64,000 bases of DNA, taken from assembly GCA_051362555.1 (NCBI GenBank), contig CM120645.1:10974001-11038000 (forward strand). Reading direction: 5' to 3'. Source of the stretch: Lingula anatina. Its lineage: Eukaryota; Animalia; Brachiopoda. Positions within the stretch are counted from its first letter, which is position 1; each line of letters starts with the position of its first letter. Of the stretch, positions 1 to 14,928 are shown piece by piece. The translations under genes and the position numbers were made by a program. The notes under the pieces were generated by a model. That model saw nothing but the letters and a program-made list of their open reading frames with translations. It ran no database searches and had not been told where the DNA came from.

Positions 1-2473
1 TCTTTTATGGAAATATTTACTTATTGGCTATGGAGTATTCATATACTAGATATCAATTTAAGAAAACATGGCATATGGGAGTGATCTTTAAATTCAAACT
101 GAAAAAACTTTGTGATGGCTTCCATACATAGGTTTTTTTATTGCTTTGACATTCTTAAGTTTGTATTGATTTTATTTTAAAATGCATATAAAAACTTCCT
201 AATCCAAATAAAAAAAAGAAAAAAAAGAAAAAAACACTGAGAAAAATTCAGCTTTGGCACGTGTGGCAGCATGCACATGCAGCCTTCAGCATCATCACCG
301 TCGCCATAACTGCCATCAGCGCTTTCAAAACACGTGTACAGCTGTACGTGCACGTATGCTGCCTCGCTTAATATCCAGAGTTAATGCATCAGCCGGCCCC
401 AGTTTGGCAGGAACTGTTTTGCCTTTGGCTGACATAAGATCAAAACATCAGTGTGGTTGATTACAAATAACAGAGCTGATGGCCGGAAATGGCAGAGCTG
501 GTTGCAATATACCTCAGGTTTTAAAGCCTCCTGACCTTGTTCTGTTTCTTCTCACTGGGACTTTATGTAGTCCCATTGAAAAGAAACTTTGTCGTCATGG
601 CAGCTTAGGATTGCTTTAGAAAACAATGAAAATTTGATTTTATCACTCTTAGCGTAGGAGTTCTTGATAAATGATTTATTTTTACAAACCCATTTGGAAT
701 GAACCCGTCTTGATCTTTAAAAACTCAGAATCAGTTTACAGAGCATAATAAACTTGCTTCTATATTTGGTATACACTATGCAAGGCTTGCACAGTAACGT
801 TTATAGCAATTATGGCAAACCTATCTTCAAATGAGGACATCTACTAGTTATAAGTAAAAATATAATTTGATTGCATTACTCAATGCAGTGTTTAAGTGTC
901 TTGGAATTTTTATCCTCACATATGTACTGAGAGCAAACTCAATCTACCTCTTTCCAGTTTGATGACTGCTCAAAGAAAAGCTTGATACATCATACACTGA
1001 TTCAATGTATAGTTGATTGCATTATTTCAAACAGAAATGATAACTCCCTTACATTCCAACATCATGTCGTTTTTCTAAAAATAAATGGAGTACAAATTCA
1101 TTTCAACAGTTGATTTCATTACTTCAAGCAGAAGAATTTCGCGCTCTTATTATGTGGCATGATGCCCAGTAATGGACATATTTGGTTTAAAGGGGGAAAA
1201 TGAGTCCAGTCACAGATTAGGACTCAGGTAAGTTAAGAATTCCAACAAGTCTACATAAGCACCAAGCTGTAAGCTGGTAGTGTGCACAATAATTGTTCAA
1301 ACATGTATCTATTAGAGAGTGGTTTATGCTGCTGAATTTCTGTACTGGAACAAGAAACAAGAATGGTGCCAAAAGGTTCAAATGTGCACTAGCAAGGACC
1401 CCTTCCCAATGTAACTTTCATTCTATCTAGATCAATCCAGCTCCGAGGGGACTCTTGCTGATTGCAATCAGATTAAAAGATTAACACGCCTCCTCCTGAC
1501 GTTGAGTAGAAAACAGACAAGCTGTAAAATTTACTTACATTCAAACAAAAACACTATCTGCTGTAATTTAACTCTACATTAAGACTTCACTTAGCAAATG
1601 GATCAGGCTTGAGGGAACCATTGAAAATTAAAGACAACTTAAAAGGCATCAGTGACTTTGAACCATTTTACAGAGTAAGTGAACTGCAGAGCTACAAAAA
1701 AATACTTGAAAGCCTACATCAAGGTTTTGAAGTTCTGTCACATTTTTTGGTTTCCCCAGAAAAAATTGCTTATAAAATACTAATTAGCTGACAATTGGTA
1801 CAACACATTTTATTTTGTTTCCCCCCAAAAAAACAGCTACATTACAATCCACACCCAATTACTGTCAATCCCAAGAGAGCATCAAGCCATTTAAAGGCTG
1901 CCACACTTTCTATTTTGTGATATATCTGATAATGATTACATGGAATTTCATTATTTTCTGCAGGTATGAATTGGCATGGCAGCTCTGAATGCTTTTTTTC
2001 CTGGAAGTATTGACAAAAGGTTGTACAGTTTAGAAAAGAGAAGGCAAACAAATGTCAGGAAGTGCTCAATTAAAACAGAATTTAATCCTCCTTTTTTTTT
2101 CTAAATTTATCCTCTAAGGACTGCTGATGGTTTCACATTTCTCACAACGGCACTCGATAAAAAAATGTAGCATGTGCATAAATGCATTTTTTTAAAATTT
2201 ATTCTGAATTACTGTTGATCTTGCTTTCTCAATTTTTTCTTGTTCTTTTGCACTTTTTGTATATTGTAATACATAAGACCTCATTTCTGATACCCACTTC
2301 CAAAACCTTTAAAAAAAAAAACTACCTTCTTAGAATAAAAAAAATTAATTCATGCTGATAAACTGGTGTTAAAAAGATAAAACTGAAGATACCAGAGATG
2401 CACCTATCTACTGGACTGATCACTGTAGCCTGTAAGATGAACTGCTGAGCTTGTAACTATTCATTAACACTAA

Positions 2474-2621
2474 GGCCCCATTCAGAATTGGGGACTAACT
2501 ACTAGTAGCTTGCCATCTAATCTGCTAACAGACACTGAATAGATATCCCGTGGGGAAGTATACAAGTGGCTCGGCCATATTGGACCCTCAGACTAGTTAG
2601 TCCCCCATTCTGAATAATGCC
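2474..2621. mobile_element. Tourist/PIF-Harbinger-like MITE, family 1
   Basis: Inverted ends GGCCCCATTCAGAATTGGGGACTAACTA...TAGTTAGTCCCCCATTCTGAATAATGCC, flanked by TAA on both sides. Related copies at ~8350, ~22495, 26503 and 32978. Confidence 0.75.
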
Positions 2622-3408
2622 TAACTGAACTTCTCTGCCCATTTCACCATGCTTGAACCTTGTGAATTTTTTTTTTTTTTTTTTTTTTCTAATAATAGGA
2701 TATTCTTTCCAGGAAAGATTTCTCCTCTTAAAGAAAGATGAGTTATCACCAGCATTTCAATCTCTGGTACTATCCACTGACACCAACTGAACTTCCATTT
2801 CAATGCTTGAACCTTCAAAACATGTTTTTATTTCTAATAATAGGATATATAATATATATTCTTTCCAAGAAAGATTTCTTCTCCTCTTAAAGAGAGATGA
2901 GATTTCGCCAGCATTTCAGAGTCTCTGGTACTATCCACTGACACCAACTGAACTTCCATTTCAATGCTTGAACCTTCAAAACATGTTTTTATTTCTAATA
3001 ATAGGATATATAATATATATTCTTTCCAAGAAAGATTTCTTCTCCTCTTAAAGAAAGATGAGATTTCACCAGCATTTCAGAGTCTCTGGTACTATCCACT
3101 GACACCAACTGAACTTCCATTTCAATGCTTGAACCTTCAAAACATGTTTTTATTTCTAATAATAGGATATATAATATATATTCTTTCCAAGAAAGATTTC
3201 TTCTCCTCTTAAAGAGAGATGAGATTTCGCCAGCATTTCAGAGTCTCTGGTAGCTATTGTCGACATCCACTGAACTTCTTCACCCACTTTACCATGCTTG
3301 AACCTTCACAACATATGAGTTTTTATTTCTGATAATAGGATATTATTTCCAAGAAAGATTTCTTCTCCTCTTCAAGAGAGATGAGATTTCACCAGCATTT
3401 CAAAGTCC
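2622..3408. repeat. 161-bp tandem repeat array, about 4.5-5 units
   Basis: ATGCTTGAACCTTCAAAACATG recurs at 2804, 2965 and 3126, with diverged copies at ~2649 and ~3294. This explains the near-identical ORFs at 2803 and 2964. Confidence 0.9.
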
Positions 3409-4175
3409 TCTCTAAACATCTATATCTGCAGGGGACTAAACATTAAAAATAATCTACATGCTGTGTCCTGTAATTAAGGCAGATCATGAAAATTGTTTTC
3501 ATAGAAGTATTACATGATGTCAAGCTAATTGTGACCCAGTGGCCATAAACATGTTGCCTAGCTTTAGCGCACAAGAATGAAAATTGGTAGATTTTAAGTT
3601 TGTACGGCTTAGTAAAATATATGCAGTAAGCAAGATCTACATTTTTATAGCTTCCATTGCATTCCTCAATAAAGCAAAATATTTTTCTTCCCTCTCTTTT
3701 TTTTTACAATAACTTTGTCCAAATGTAAAAGAAACGCAAAACAATGTGCCATATCTCAAAATAAATATTTTCTTTTTTTTATTACCCAACTTGTATTACA
3801 TTATAATGACAGGTTTCCTCCCCGTACCCTTTGAATTGTGTAATCTATCATGCACTAAATTCCAGTACACTGAATGCATATTGCCAAGATTAGTCCGATT
3901 GTTAAATAAATCTCTCAGATGAACAATTCCGTAAAACTGTGTTCACACTGGCAAGGACAGAATGGTCCCGTGGCCTTAAAACATGATATCAACATTCACA
4001 TGGAAATTATCTGATGGTTGCCAGCACAGCAGTATATCACCTACTGGTAACTGTGGTATAGGGCCTAATGTACAACATAAGTTACTTATATCATAGATAA
4101 GACTGAAGTAAACTAAATATGTTAAAATTTAAAAAGTAACCAAAACATTTTGCAATTATGGTCTCTATCTATTGA

Positions 4176-4178
4176 AAA

Positions 4179-4225
<47 letters not shown>
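4176..4225. repeat. (AAAT)n microsatellite
   Basis: Direct reading. Confidence 0.9.
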
Positions 4226-6497
4226 AATCTCAGTGTTCAGCTCTTCGGCAGGCCTCAGTCCATTCCCTCGATTCCTCTGACACTATCAAATACCTAAGAA
4301 CCAGTTCTAATTCACCTCTGTGTGAACACACCTCAGGTGGAGCACAGGTAGCAATGCCTGACATTTGGAAAGCATTAAAGTTACAAACTCAATCCAGTTT
4401 TAGAAGCCAGCAAATTAAATGCCACTCTGAGAATGGGGAGGGGAGGAGAGACCGTTAAGAGGAAACCCCTAATCTCCACCCACAGTAAATTATCTAAAGT
4501 TGAATGGATTTCGGCTCAAACTAATACAAATGGCAAATTTTTCTGGCATTTCGATCACTGCTCAGTTGAGCACTGCTCACTCAACAAAATATTTAAAATG
4601 TCTATTTTTTTAAGAAACCTCACCTCCCCCCTCCCCTCCACCACAAGTCCAGAAAGTGGTCACATGCATTTCTCTCCACAAACTCACAATCACTCTCCAG
4701 CTCCTAAATACCATTCCTCCTGAAGGTCAATCTCCCCATTTCAAAATGCATAAGATAGGTTCATGCCGGCAACAATATTCAGAAAAGGCAATTGTTAAAA
4801 CTATATATAATACCAAAGGCAGCCATAATGAAAATAATTGTTGAAGAAGAGATCTTAATAGATCATATTCGGGAACAAATTGCCCTTTCCATCACAGATG
4901 ATTTGCCAATGCTGGCCACAAATGTAATGCTATTTGGATCTGAGGGATGGAAATTTTAGTTCCACTTATTCAATTCAATGGTTAAAGCTTATCATTGATC
5001 ATCCAGGGTAATACAGGCTACACCAGTGCCACCTTTTGACAAGTGTTTCAGTGACTGAAAGATTTGGTCTTCGTGATGTGATGGTGGTGATGCAGAAACA
5101 CATTATCTGTGAGCTTGAAAATTAATTGTACTGCTTAAAAATGTAGGAAATTTGCCATGATGTTAAATTAGAATACAGACTGTTCTTACATATTTAAAGG
5201 AACCACATTGACTCGAAACACCACTTCAACAGTTATCACCATCGTAGCAGAGAAGAAAATATCATTTTCATTTCTTTCATAACACTTTAGGCAATAAAAA
5301 CAACCAAGACAATATCCATAGGAGACATTAATCACTGTGAGTGATTTCTCTCGACATGACGCACTGAAAACCTACCCAAATAACAAACTCATCAATGATG
5401 ATAAACTGGAGTATCCATAAACATTGACTGAATCACCATTTAATCCATAATATTGAAAATGCACCATTATCTGAGCTATCTAGTTACAGCATGTATTCAA
5501 TACTGTATACATACAGTATTATCTCCTCAAATGTGAACAAAATACTTATTTTTCCATTGCAATGTACTGTAAGTGACAACTGAAAAACACTATCCAGAAG
5601 TTTGCCAAATGTTTGAATTTGTGCTAGAAGTTCAAGCGATTTATTTTAAAATAATGAAATAAAAGAATGGTTCTGGCTTCTGACGCGCAATTATTACCAC
5701 ACACCATCTGGCAACAGCTCTCGAATAACACTTTACAAATTAAAAACACAATATCCTGCTATTAGAGGTAATTTCTTATAAAATCCTATTGTTCTACGTT
5801 ACAGAATGCAGGACATCCACTGTATCAAGCAAACAAGGAAACCTGTGCAGTAAATGACATCAAATATCTACCAGACACGTATGGATGCTTTCAAAAGTGT
5901 CAAATACTCCAGACCGAGAAACCTGTTAACTTCCTTTTCTTCACTAACACGTACCTGCCAAGATATTGATTTTTCCAAACCAGGTAACAGATTCTGAGTG
6001 AGAAGTGATTAAAAAGGTTCCTCTGTTATGTCATGATGACTCACATTTTGACACCTCGTTAAACAGAAGCTGCATCTAACGGTCTTCTTTTCAGGTGTTG
6101 ACAAAAGAATTCTTTTTAAAATAAGTGCGTGGGTATTCATGTGTCTACATGCATGTGCATGATAAGATAGCGTTCTGTTATTAGGATGAATAAGCATTTA
6201 CCTGGAATTGGTCTCTACTGGTAAAAGCATCAATATAAATATTCTTTTTTTTTTTTTTTTGTAAAAGATATAATCTTTGATTGCCAGCAGGTCTACCACA
6301 ATCTGATAACCTTGTCCATTCAATTGCTCCAAGTACAGAACATAAAAGATTCAATTAATTTTTCTAAAAAATTATTTTCTGAAGTCTGCTACTCTATAGC
6401 GCATATATATCTGTAATGTAACTGACCGCCACTCATCCACACTATGAAACAGAAACCTCCTCATAAAAACACAAACAAAAACATGTAACCAACTTAC

Positions 6498-6624
6498 TGT
6501 TTCCATTTTCTTTTACTTCTCCATTTTCCTCTATTGTCATGTGCTCCGCCAGCTCTGACAGGCTCTCATCAATGGTACGCTTGCCTCGGAATGTGAGGGA
6601 CAACTTTCGCTTTATCTTCTTCAT
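6498..6624 (-). CDS. CDK17: First coding exon of a PCTAIRE-family cyclin-dependent kinase (CDK16/17/18-like); the rest of the gene lies left of the window
   Basis: MKKIKRKLSLTFRGKRTIDESLSELAEHMTIEENG closely matches the vertebrate CDK17 N-terminus (MKKFKRRLSLTLRGSQTIDESLSELAEQMTIEEN). The exon ends at a phase-1 donor A|GTAAGT at 6497. Confidence 0.85.
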
Positions 6625-8348
6625 GTTTGGAGGTAGGAAACACCCTGGACCAAATGACTCCTCACGCTGAGTTAATGACAGTTTTTCTCTGAGATTTTTT
6701 TCTTCGTTGTGTTATCTTGCTGGTGCCATCTCGTAAGCCTAGGGTTTCTTTAAGCATTAGCAATATTTTTGCCTGCTCTGAGTGTTGGCTTACACCACGC
6801 CCATGAATCGTAGGTGTGAAGCAATCATTCTAGAGCACGGAATACCAATTAAGAAGAATGATATTGCCAGCAGTGGTTTATGACAAATCCTGCTGTAATA
6901 ATAGGATGGAATGTGACAACAGTGCAATAAGGCAATACTCAGTCAACAATGGTGACTTAAGTTCCAAAGCTTGGTTTAAGCATACGGCATTTCTAGCAAA
7001 CTAATTTATATTGCGCACTTCTTGTTTTTCTTCGTGCCCAGTGTCTGAATAAGTTTCCGCTGCCTTCCAGAGCTTTCTGCAAACTAAAGCTCTCTGCTTC
7101 AGTTCCACTGCCCTGCAGTTTATTAAGAAAGCAAATTGCTTCGTCTCTGTTTTTTTTTTTGTTTTTTTTTGCCAATTTGCTATTCAATCAACAGCCAGTG
7201 CATTGAAACACAAGTAGCATCTAATAGCTGTCTCTTAGTGAAGAGGCATCTTGTCTCGGAGATTGTCCATGATACATATCATAAATAAATGTCAATGCCT
7301 ATTAACACTCCTGCCCAGGCAGGTGGTACTGTCATAATGGGCGACAGAGACATTTGTAGGAAACAATTCCCCCGTGGAAATTCAAACATGTTCCATTGTA
7401 CCACATACATAAATATATATATTCCTGGTCATGGATTTCTTCTCCCACTCAAGATATATTTAATTAAAGCTCTGCTTCTTCTTTACCGATGAATACGTCT
7501 TGTTCAGATTCTGTTTCCAGATTGGAACCAACTCATAAAGTGCTTCTTGTCAGAAAATTAATTTGTCAGTTATTGGATTCTCTCCTAGGCTGAATGGTCT
7601 TAATAAATTTTCTCCTGTTCTGCACCGCTACATATGAATGTCATTTTTCTCCCGTATTCTTGCAGGCAGAACAAAAGACCCAAAATGTGTCTATCTGAAG
7701 ATTTCTCCGGTCATGGATTCAAGCCTGTCATGCGACTTTCATTCCTGTCAGTTCCTTGAGTTCAGAAAATGGTCCAAAATCCTGGATTTTTAAAGAATCA
7801 CATCACCATTGTGGAAATTAAAAACTCCCTGTCAATACTGCTTGCTCATATCCTGCAATAAGAAAATAAAAAATGATAAAACTTGTCAATCAAGTGACAA
7901 ATAACTCTTTTAAAGAGTAATGATTTTTTTCTCCTTTGTGTGGAAGCCTTTTTATTGACTGGGTGAGAAGATAAATTGTGCATGAAAAAAGACACAAAAT
8001 CCTGACTTGTCACTCTTACCAAATAGAGATTAAATTGACCTTTAAATGTTGTGGTGTTTCCTAGAAAAAGGGGAGACAAGTCAGAGAACAAGTCACCTTC
8101 TTTGTGCTACATTCTAAAGAAGTAAAATGATAGATTAACTTACTACTAAAAAAATCAATTTCTAAAAGGGGGGGAGACGCGATGCATTTTGGTGTTGAGC
8201 AGACATGTTTTGAAAACTACCTTATTATATTCCAGTTATGAAAGAGTCTACAATAACACAACATAATTCACAAGCTGAAGGCGTCCAAGACTCCTGTAAT
8301 TAAATTGGACCTTATGGTTTGGAAAACATCCATAGAAATGACATATAG

Positions 8349-8639
8349 CGCATTCAGAACAGATGATCCATGGACTAACTGATCCGCTGACTAAATATGG
8401 CCGACCCCACTCAAAAGCAGTGCTGCATATTCTCCTAATGGTCTCCCTGCCTCCACATGCATCACTGAATAGGTCAAATCTTGGCTCTCAAGGTTTAATT
8501 GCAAGGCCCCTGCAGGACGGCGAGTGGAGGTGGGGAGGCACCAGGCAATTGCTCAATGCTGCTTTTACGCGAGTCAGCCATGTTTAGTCCACGTATCAGT
8601 TAGTCCACATGGATCAACCTGTGCTGAATCAGAATGCCC
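8349..8639. mobile_element. Degenerate MITE related to family 1
   Basis: Imperfect inverted arms GCATTCAGAACAG..ATGGACTAACTGAT / ATCAGTTAGTCCACAT..AGAATGC. The internal CACTGAATAG motif is shared with other copies. Confidence 0.5.
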
Positions 8640-9427
8640 TCTTAATCTATCATATTCTATGACAGATGTACTGGGAAATTTTCTGCCTTTTCTCCCCAAC
8701 GCAATTGCAACAGAGCCGCTAACACTTGGGCAGTTCCAGGCCTGATAAACAATAATTGCCGTATGCTACCAGGAACCTTAGTTTTGGGAACAATTTTGAA
8801 TTGAACATGAAGGAGGCATAGAACACTTTTTGTAATCACCTCTAAAAATTACAAATAATGGCAATCTTCATGTGAAGTCTGTAAAAAATGTGGCATTTTC
8901 CAGCCTTGAAGTTCCCTTAATAACAATTTTTCAGGCACCATAAGACCACGCATTTTTTTCAGTCACCATACAACCATTCACGTTAAATTTACTTAATAAG
9001 CCAATTAACAGAGAATTCCCTGTACACAGGAAACGAGGGGAAAATTATCCTTATTATCCATCTTCATGACAGAAACCAATTAGCTTTGTCATTTTCGCTG
9101 CAAGGGGAGAAGACTTCATAATAAGAGTACCGATCACATTTCAGTATCAGCGAAAACTGGGAGGATTCTTTTACAAAAAAACTATATGGTTGTATCGTGA
9201 CACTTCTGCAAATGTCAGAATCATTCTTCTTGTGAGAGTCAAAATAAACAGATGACACAGCACGTGATTTATAGTGCTTCAACAAGATGAAGTGATTTCA
9301 CAGAACTCATACACATATACACACAAACATGCTCCAAATTTATATATTTGTGGAAGTTAATTGTATTCTGTGCCAATATGTGTTTTTTTTTCCTCTTAAT
9401 TTGAGAACATACCATGTTTTACATCAG

Positions 9428-9688
9428 GGCCCAGTTTCATCAACATTGGATAGCGCTATCCACTGGATAACACTATCCATTAAATAAAATTGTTATCCTC
9501 TGGGCAATTATCTTGTGGGTAAAGTAATGTTTACCAAACACTAGATACTTATTTTTGTCTCTAATATTGCTTTCCAGTGGTTAAAAGAGGCTGCTATCCT
9601 CAAGAAAACTGTCCAAAGGATAACAATTTTATCCAAAGGATAGTGTTATCCATAGGATAGCGCTATCCAGTGTTGATGAAACTGGACC
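9428..9688. mobile_element. Harbinger-like MITE, family 2
   Basis: TIRs GGCCCAGTTTCATCAACA / TGTTGATGAAACTGGACC, internal GGATAGCGCTATCC palindromes, and CAG on both flanks (3-bp TSD). Confidence 0.75.
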
Positions 9689-10581
9689 CAGAATTAGATC
9701 CCTGGAGGGGTAAGGGTGTGCACACACATGAGCACATGTACCACAACTGTGAAAACATGTTATCACAGAAGTCATTATGCTCACTCCAAAACAAAATCTT
9801 TATTTTTAAAAAAATATCTAGACCAACTAAGTTCAATCACAGTAAGATCACAATATGGTTGGCATTACTGTTCACTGTTTCATCCTATTTCACTGTTTGT
9901 AACACTGCTCAGATGTGGTAGTTGAGACATACAACAATTGTTTTAAGATGTGGTAGTTGTGACTGACAATAATGTGTTCAAGCAATGCAACGGCAGTCTG
10001 TGCCTGTTCTATGTACCTTTTTTTCTTTTTTTTTTTTTGCAAAATATTCAATTCAATAATTTTTCCGGTACCTGCTGTCCAAGACTAGGTTTATGGAAGT
10101 ACAGTACTAGTATGTGCACAGCATTCTTCAGTTCAGTCATACGGATAGAACATAGTACCAAAACACAGTCAGATTCAAACAACAAGGCAGTAAACTAAGC
10201 TAAAAGAATGTATCAAATACATTTTTTTTTTTTTGGCTATGGTGAAATAAAATCCTGTATCAACCATCCAGTGCAAGCCTCATGGCAAGAGGTTACTAAC
10301 CCATCCCATAAACATCACCACTTATTTTCAAGTATCGAGTTTAACTGTCTTTATTTACGTCACACAGACAGAGATTGCAGTAATTTGGCAATATTTGCTT
10401 CTATTTCCAGCTGCAAGATTCTATTCTTACTGTTCCTTACTATCACGAGGACCATGTTAGTGCAGGAGCCCGTCAATAAGCAACAGATTAGGTTATCTAA
10501 TGATAGAAGGCAAAGTTATTGGGGAAATGAAAAAGGTTCAAATTAGAACTGCTTGTAATCAATAAAGAGCAATTGTCCAAA

Positions 10582-10620
<39 letters not shown>

Positions 10621-13617
10621 TACAGAACTGACAAATTCCGATGCCATTATCTTAAAAACAATAAGGTCCGAAAAAAGAATGAGATAAAATAAAACTAGCA
10701 ATCAGTTCAAGAAAAATGTACTGGAAAAATACAATCAACTATCCTTCTCCCGCAAAATAATTGTTAAGTCTAAAAGACTGTCAGTCACTGAATAAACAGG
10801 ACAGTAATTAATTAGGTGCCCCTGGTTCATCTTTCTTGGCTTAATGATGTATTCCAAAGAGACAATCCAATTAATTGTCTCTGCTGTATTACAATAATCA
10901 ATGGACCTGTCTGTATTCTGGCCACATCTGAAGCCCTTTTTACATTTAGCTGTAAATTTTTCTGTGCTTTAACAGTTTGACTGGTCTTGATATATATATA
11001 TAAGAACAACTGAATGATGATTACAAATATATGAGCCTATATTAATAAGCTCTTATTTTAAAAAGACAGAGATCACTCAAAGACATGAGACATGGGTAGT
11101 GTGGTCCGATCTACTGGTGAATTTGGGATCATTTGGTGCCGAGTCTGGTAGTTGGGTATGCCTAAGAAACTCAGTGATATTATAAGGACAAAAAAAAAAG
11201 AATTCATAAATATATTAAATCATACCACTACCTGTCGGTCTCACTGATAACAGTACAACTGAAGAAAAATGAAGAAAATTCCAAAATATGCCTTTCTGTT
11301 ATAAAAAAAAAAAAAAATCTCTTTTTCTGTAACCGCTGAAATGTTACATGCCAGCATACACCAATCTCCGACCATGTTGTTGCTGCGGTCACACACAACT
11401 AATCATGACATAAAAACCCGCATCAGATGACTGTGACCCATTCCACCGATCACCTCCCTAACCCAGCAGGCCAAGTCAATACATCAGCCTGGAGTGACGG
11501 GTCAAATGAGCTGCCAAGAAACCATAGCTATCATCAGCCCGACAGGCAGAACCAGGCCAGCCTATTTAATTTCCATTAATCTTAGATAATCACTTAAAAG
11601 CGGAAGCTGGGAACTTGACTCTCTGCGGCTCTCCTCTCCGCAAAAATGTCACCTATAGATGGTGTAAATTGTAAGCACGGATCAGCTGAAAGAGAGAGAG
11701 TGATAGAGAGAGAGAAGAGGATAAGACATAAGAGAGAAGATTGAAGGGAAATTTCTTTTTCTTTTCAGCTTCCCTGATGGCAGTCCCCAATGAGTTCTGT
11801 CATAAGAGTGTCACATCTATCACCAAGCAAGATGAGATCTGGCCATTGTTATGTAGATCCAATATATCGCAATAATGTTCAACACAAAAGGGAAGAAGCA
11901 ACACTGGTGTTTAACTGCCTCAGTTGACATCAATCACAAAGATAATAGGATGGAAAAAATAACAAAAAACATTAAGAACATTTTATCTATACATACCAGG
12001 ACCTCTTCCATTTGTTTCCTCCCTCCATCTCTCCCTTTCTCTCATTATTCCACATCTTTTTTCTTTCGTCATTCTATAGATCTCTTCATGAACAGTACCT
12101 TTACACTGCCAAGTTGTAAGCAACAGTTCACATCCCAAGCAATCTCTAAAATTCCACATATTTGTACCATGTTTACAGCATCGGTATTAATTCAACATGT
12201 AACTGGTGTTACCTTGTATACATCTAAATAGAACATCGACATCGCCACAGTATAAGCAACAGCTTACCAGCAAGGCACCTCTGATATAGCTGCATAACTA
12301 CCTTGTTTACAACACTAGCGTTAATTTAACAAATTTCCTCTTCCTCTGTCTGCATAGTATGTACGTAACACATACAAAGACTCGATTTGCAACATGTTTT
12401 CTGTATCAGACTCTTCTTAAATGTGGTGGCCACTGCTGAATGAACAGGCCTGAGATTTGGTTCTTAACAACTTCCCTGGAAATCATGAAATCTCCTAAAA
12501 AACTATATTCCTGAGTTTTTGACTTTTCAAATAGCTTCTTACACATTTTTTTAGTCAGAAATCGTGTGCAAAGATCACTAATGGACCTAACTCTCAACTA
12601 CTAGTAAAGATCAATGTCAAAAAGAATCTGAAAGTCCACTTACCCAATTATTTTAGTCTTTAGACTAAGCCCCTCGAGCAATTACTAATGGACAATGATT
12701 TTTACTCTCTCTCGTCACAATATCTCATTTAGGTACGTCAGGTATATATTTATTTGGGCCACTGAGGGCATAAAACATTCCTAGACCAATATCGCTGGCT
12801 CAAATTTACAGTACGCAGACGTCAACCCACGCCTGGCAGTCCAAATCTAGGACCCATCACTAGAGTCTAAATCAAGTCCAGAAAGGTGAAAAACTCCATG
12901 ACACAGGGCCTCTGTATTATATGTGACATGCATGGAAATGGACATGCTTTAAAAGCATACATACTAGTACATATGATTTCACAGTTTCACAGCCAATTAC
13001 ACACAACTTAATGCATCAGTGTTTCACCGCCAGACGAGAATTAAATGAAGCCAGCGACCTGGTCAATAAATCACGAACATTCTTCCTTTTTCTATATACC
13101 GACATTGTGTTTATTGATATTTTCTATACAGGATCCAGTTAGCTCAGGTACACAGCAGTGACAGGGTGACAGGGTCTATTAACCTTCCACAGCTTGGAAT
13201 TAAACAAACAGCAGTGCTCACAGAGGCAGAGGCATTAAGAACTCCTGTCTCCAAGAAACAACTTGGGGAGTTTGAGCAAACATACAGTAAAATTCTCGTA
13301 TTATGTCATTCATGGATAGTGTGTTTATTCTAGCCATCAATCTAAACCCAATGTGATGTTTTTTTTTATAGAAAAACTTACTTTAAAATTTACTTTACTT
13401 TTGTGACAAGTGGTCAACACTAAATAACCAGTGGTCAGATGTCAGTAAATTTTCCAGGTATACGTCTTCCTGTGCAGACCCTTACTAGTAAATATGCTAT
13501 TTTGCTTGATAACATTAAGATTTTTCTCCCATAAAGGATTAGTATAAATTTGTTTTTTTCCTTGAAGGAGGCATATTTTGATGATTCAAGCAGTAGGAGT
13601 TAATGAGACTTATGTAA

Positions 13618-13662
<45 letters not shown>

Positions 13663-14864
13663 CCTGTGGAGAAGCTGCAATAACTCTATCCCCATCCTAC
13701 AAACAAGAGGATAAAGAAAAAGCTGGTGAGGGCAAACAAATACTCATAAATACCCAGATATGAATGGCATATTAGCCCTACTTTACCACCATTTCACCAA
13801 GGGGTAGATGATAAACCAGTGTTCCCGCTGCTAGTACAAGACATGTGCCCTATAGCCTGTGGATAAAGCAAGCATAGCTGTAAACAGAGCTAATAAAACA
13901 TTCACCTAACTTTATACCTGATGGGGAAAAGGAAATGTTGGCCTTTTATAAAACATGCCTTTATTTGAATGAATCCTGACCATGGGTTTGGTCGATTCCG
14001 AAGCATTAAAAAAAAAAACTCTGAAATATCACCAAGTACTTTCCCCTGCACCATCTCCCTCAAAAAAAATTGTTACATCCAAGAAAAAAAGTGTAATAAA
14101 AAGAAGCATTTTGTACCTCATGTTTATCTAAACAAACACTTACTGAAAGTACCATTTAACTGCTTCATATTGTTTACAATCAAACAGCTAAATATTGAAG
14201 CACATTATGCAAAATCTTTCAATGTTCTGTTTTGACTACGACAGGAAAGAATTGATTGTAGATCATTCAAGGCTCAAAGTCAACAAGAATGTCATAATTG
14301 CAAATGAATGGAATAGATTTCAATCCTTACTAACAGAATTCAAATACAAATCTAGTATAAATGCCTGTTAATAGTTACTCTACAGGATAAAAAGAGATTA
14401 TAAAGTTAACATTCGGTTGATGCTGGTTACTGAGAAAAATACTGAAATTTTAACCTCAAAAATTTCTTCTTAATGCACTTCATGGAACTTATAAAATATA
14501 CTGTAGTTATGACCATTCTGTCTAAGCATACTCAGATTGCTTTTCACCTCCACAAACAAGGAACAATCATGGACAAAGCCAACTAACTACATGAAGTAAA
14601 GGTTTTTATCAAGCTATTTATTGCTATCATTGAAACTCTGAACACTGAATATCAACCAGGTATCAGTCCTACTATGATCAGAGTGTACTTGGATACCATA
14701 TCATTAATTTTTATTGAAGTCATGACTCACGCGGAGAGATGGAGTAAATGGGGAGCCACAAAGATTGATGGTTAATTAGTAATTTAACTGATAGGTGGAC
14801 CAGATGTGTGATAAGGTGTTAGGTAGACTGACAGACAGACAGACATATAAGCATGTAGAAAGAG

Positions 14865-14869
<5 letters not shown>

Positions 14870-14912
<43 letters not shown>

Positions 14913-14928
14913 AGAGAGAGAGAGAGAG
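14870..14928. repeat. (AG)n microsatellite
   Basis: Direct reading. Other simple repeats: (AG)n at ~10585 and ~13632, (TG)n at ~21678. Confidence 0.9.

Noticed and set aside
2803-3212. Two nearly identical 82-aa ORFs
   Set aside because: By-products of the 161-bp tandem repeat; no splice signals or protein similarity. The units are contiguous with no unique spacers, so this is not CRISPR-like.
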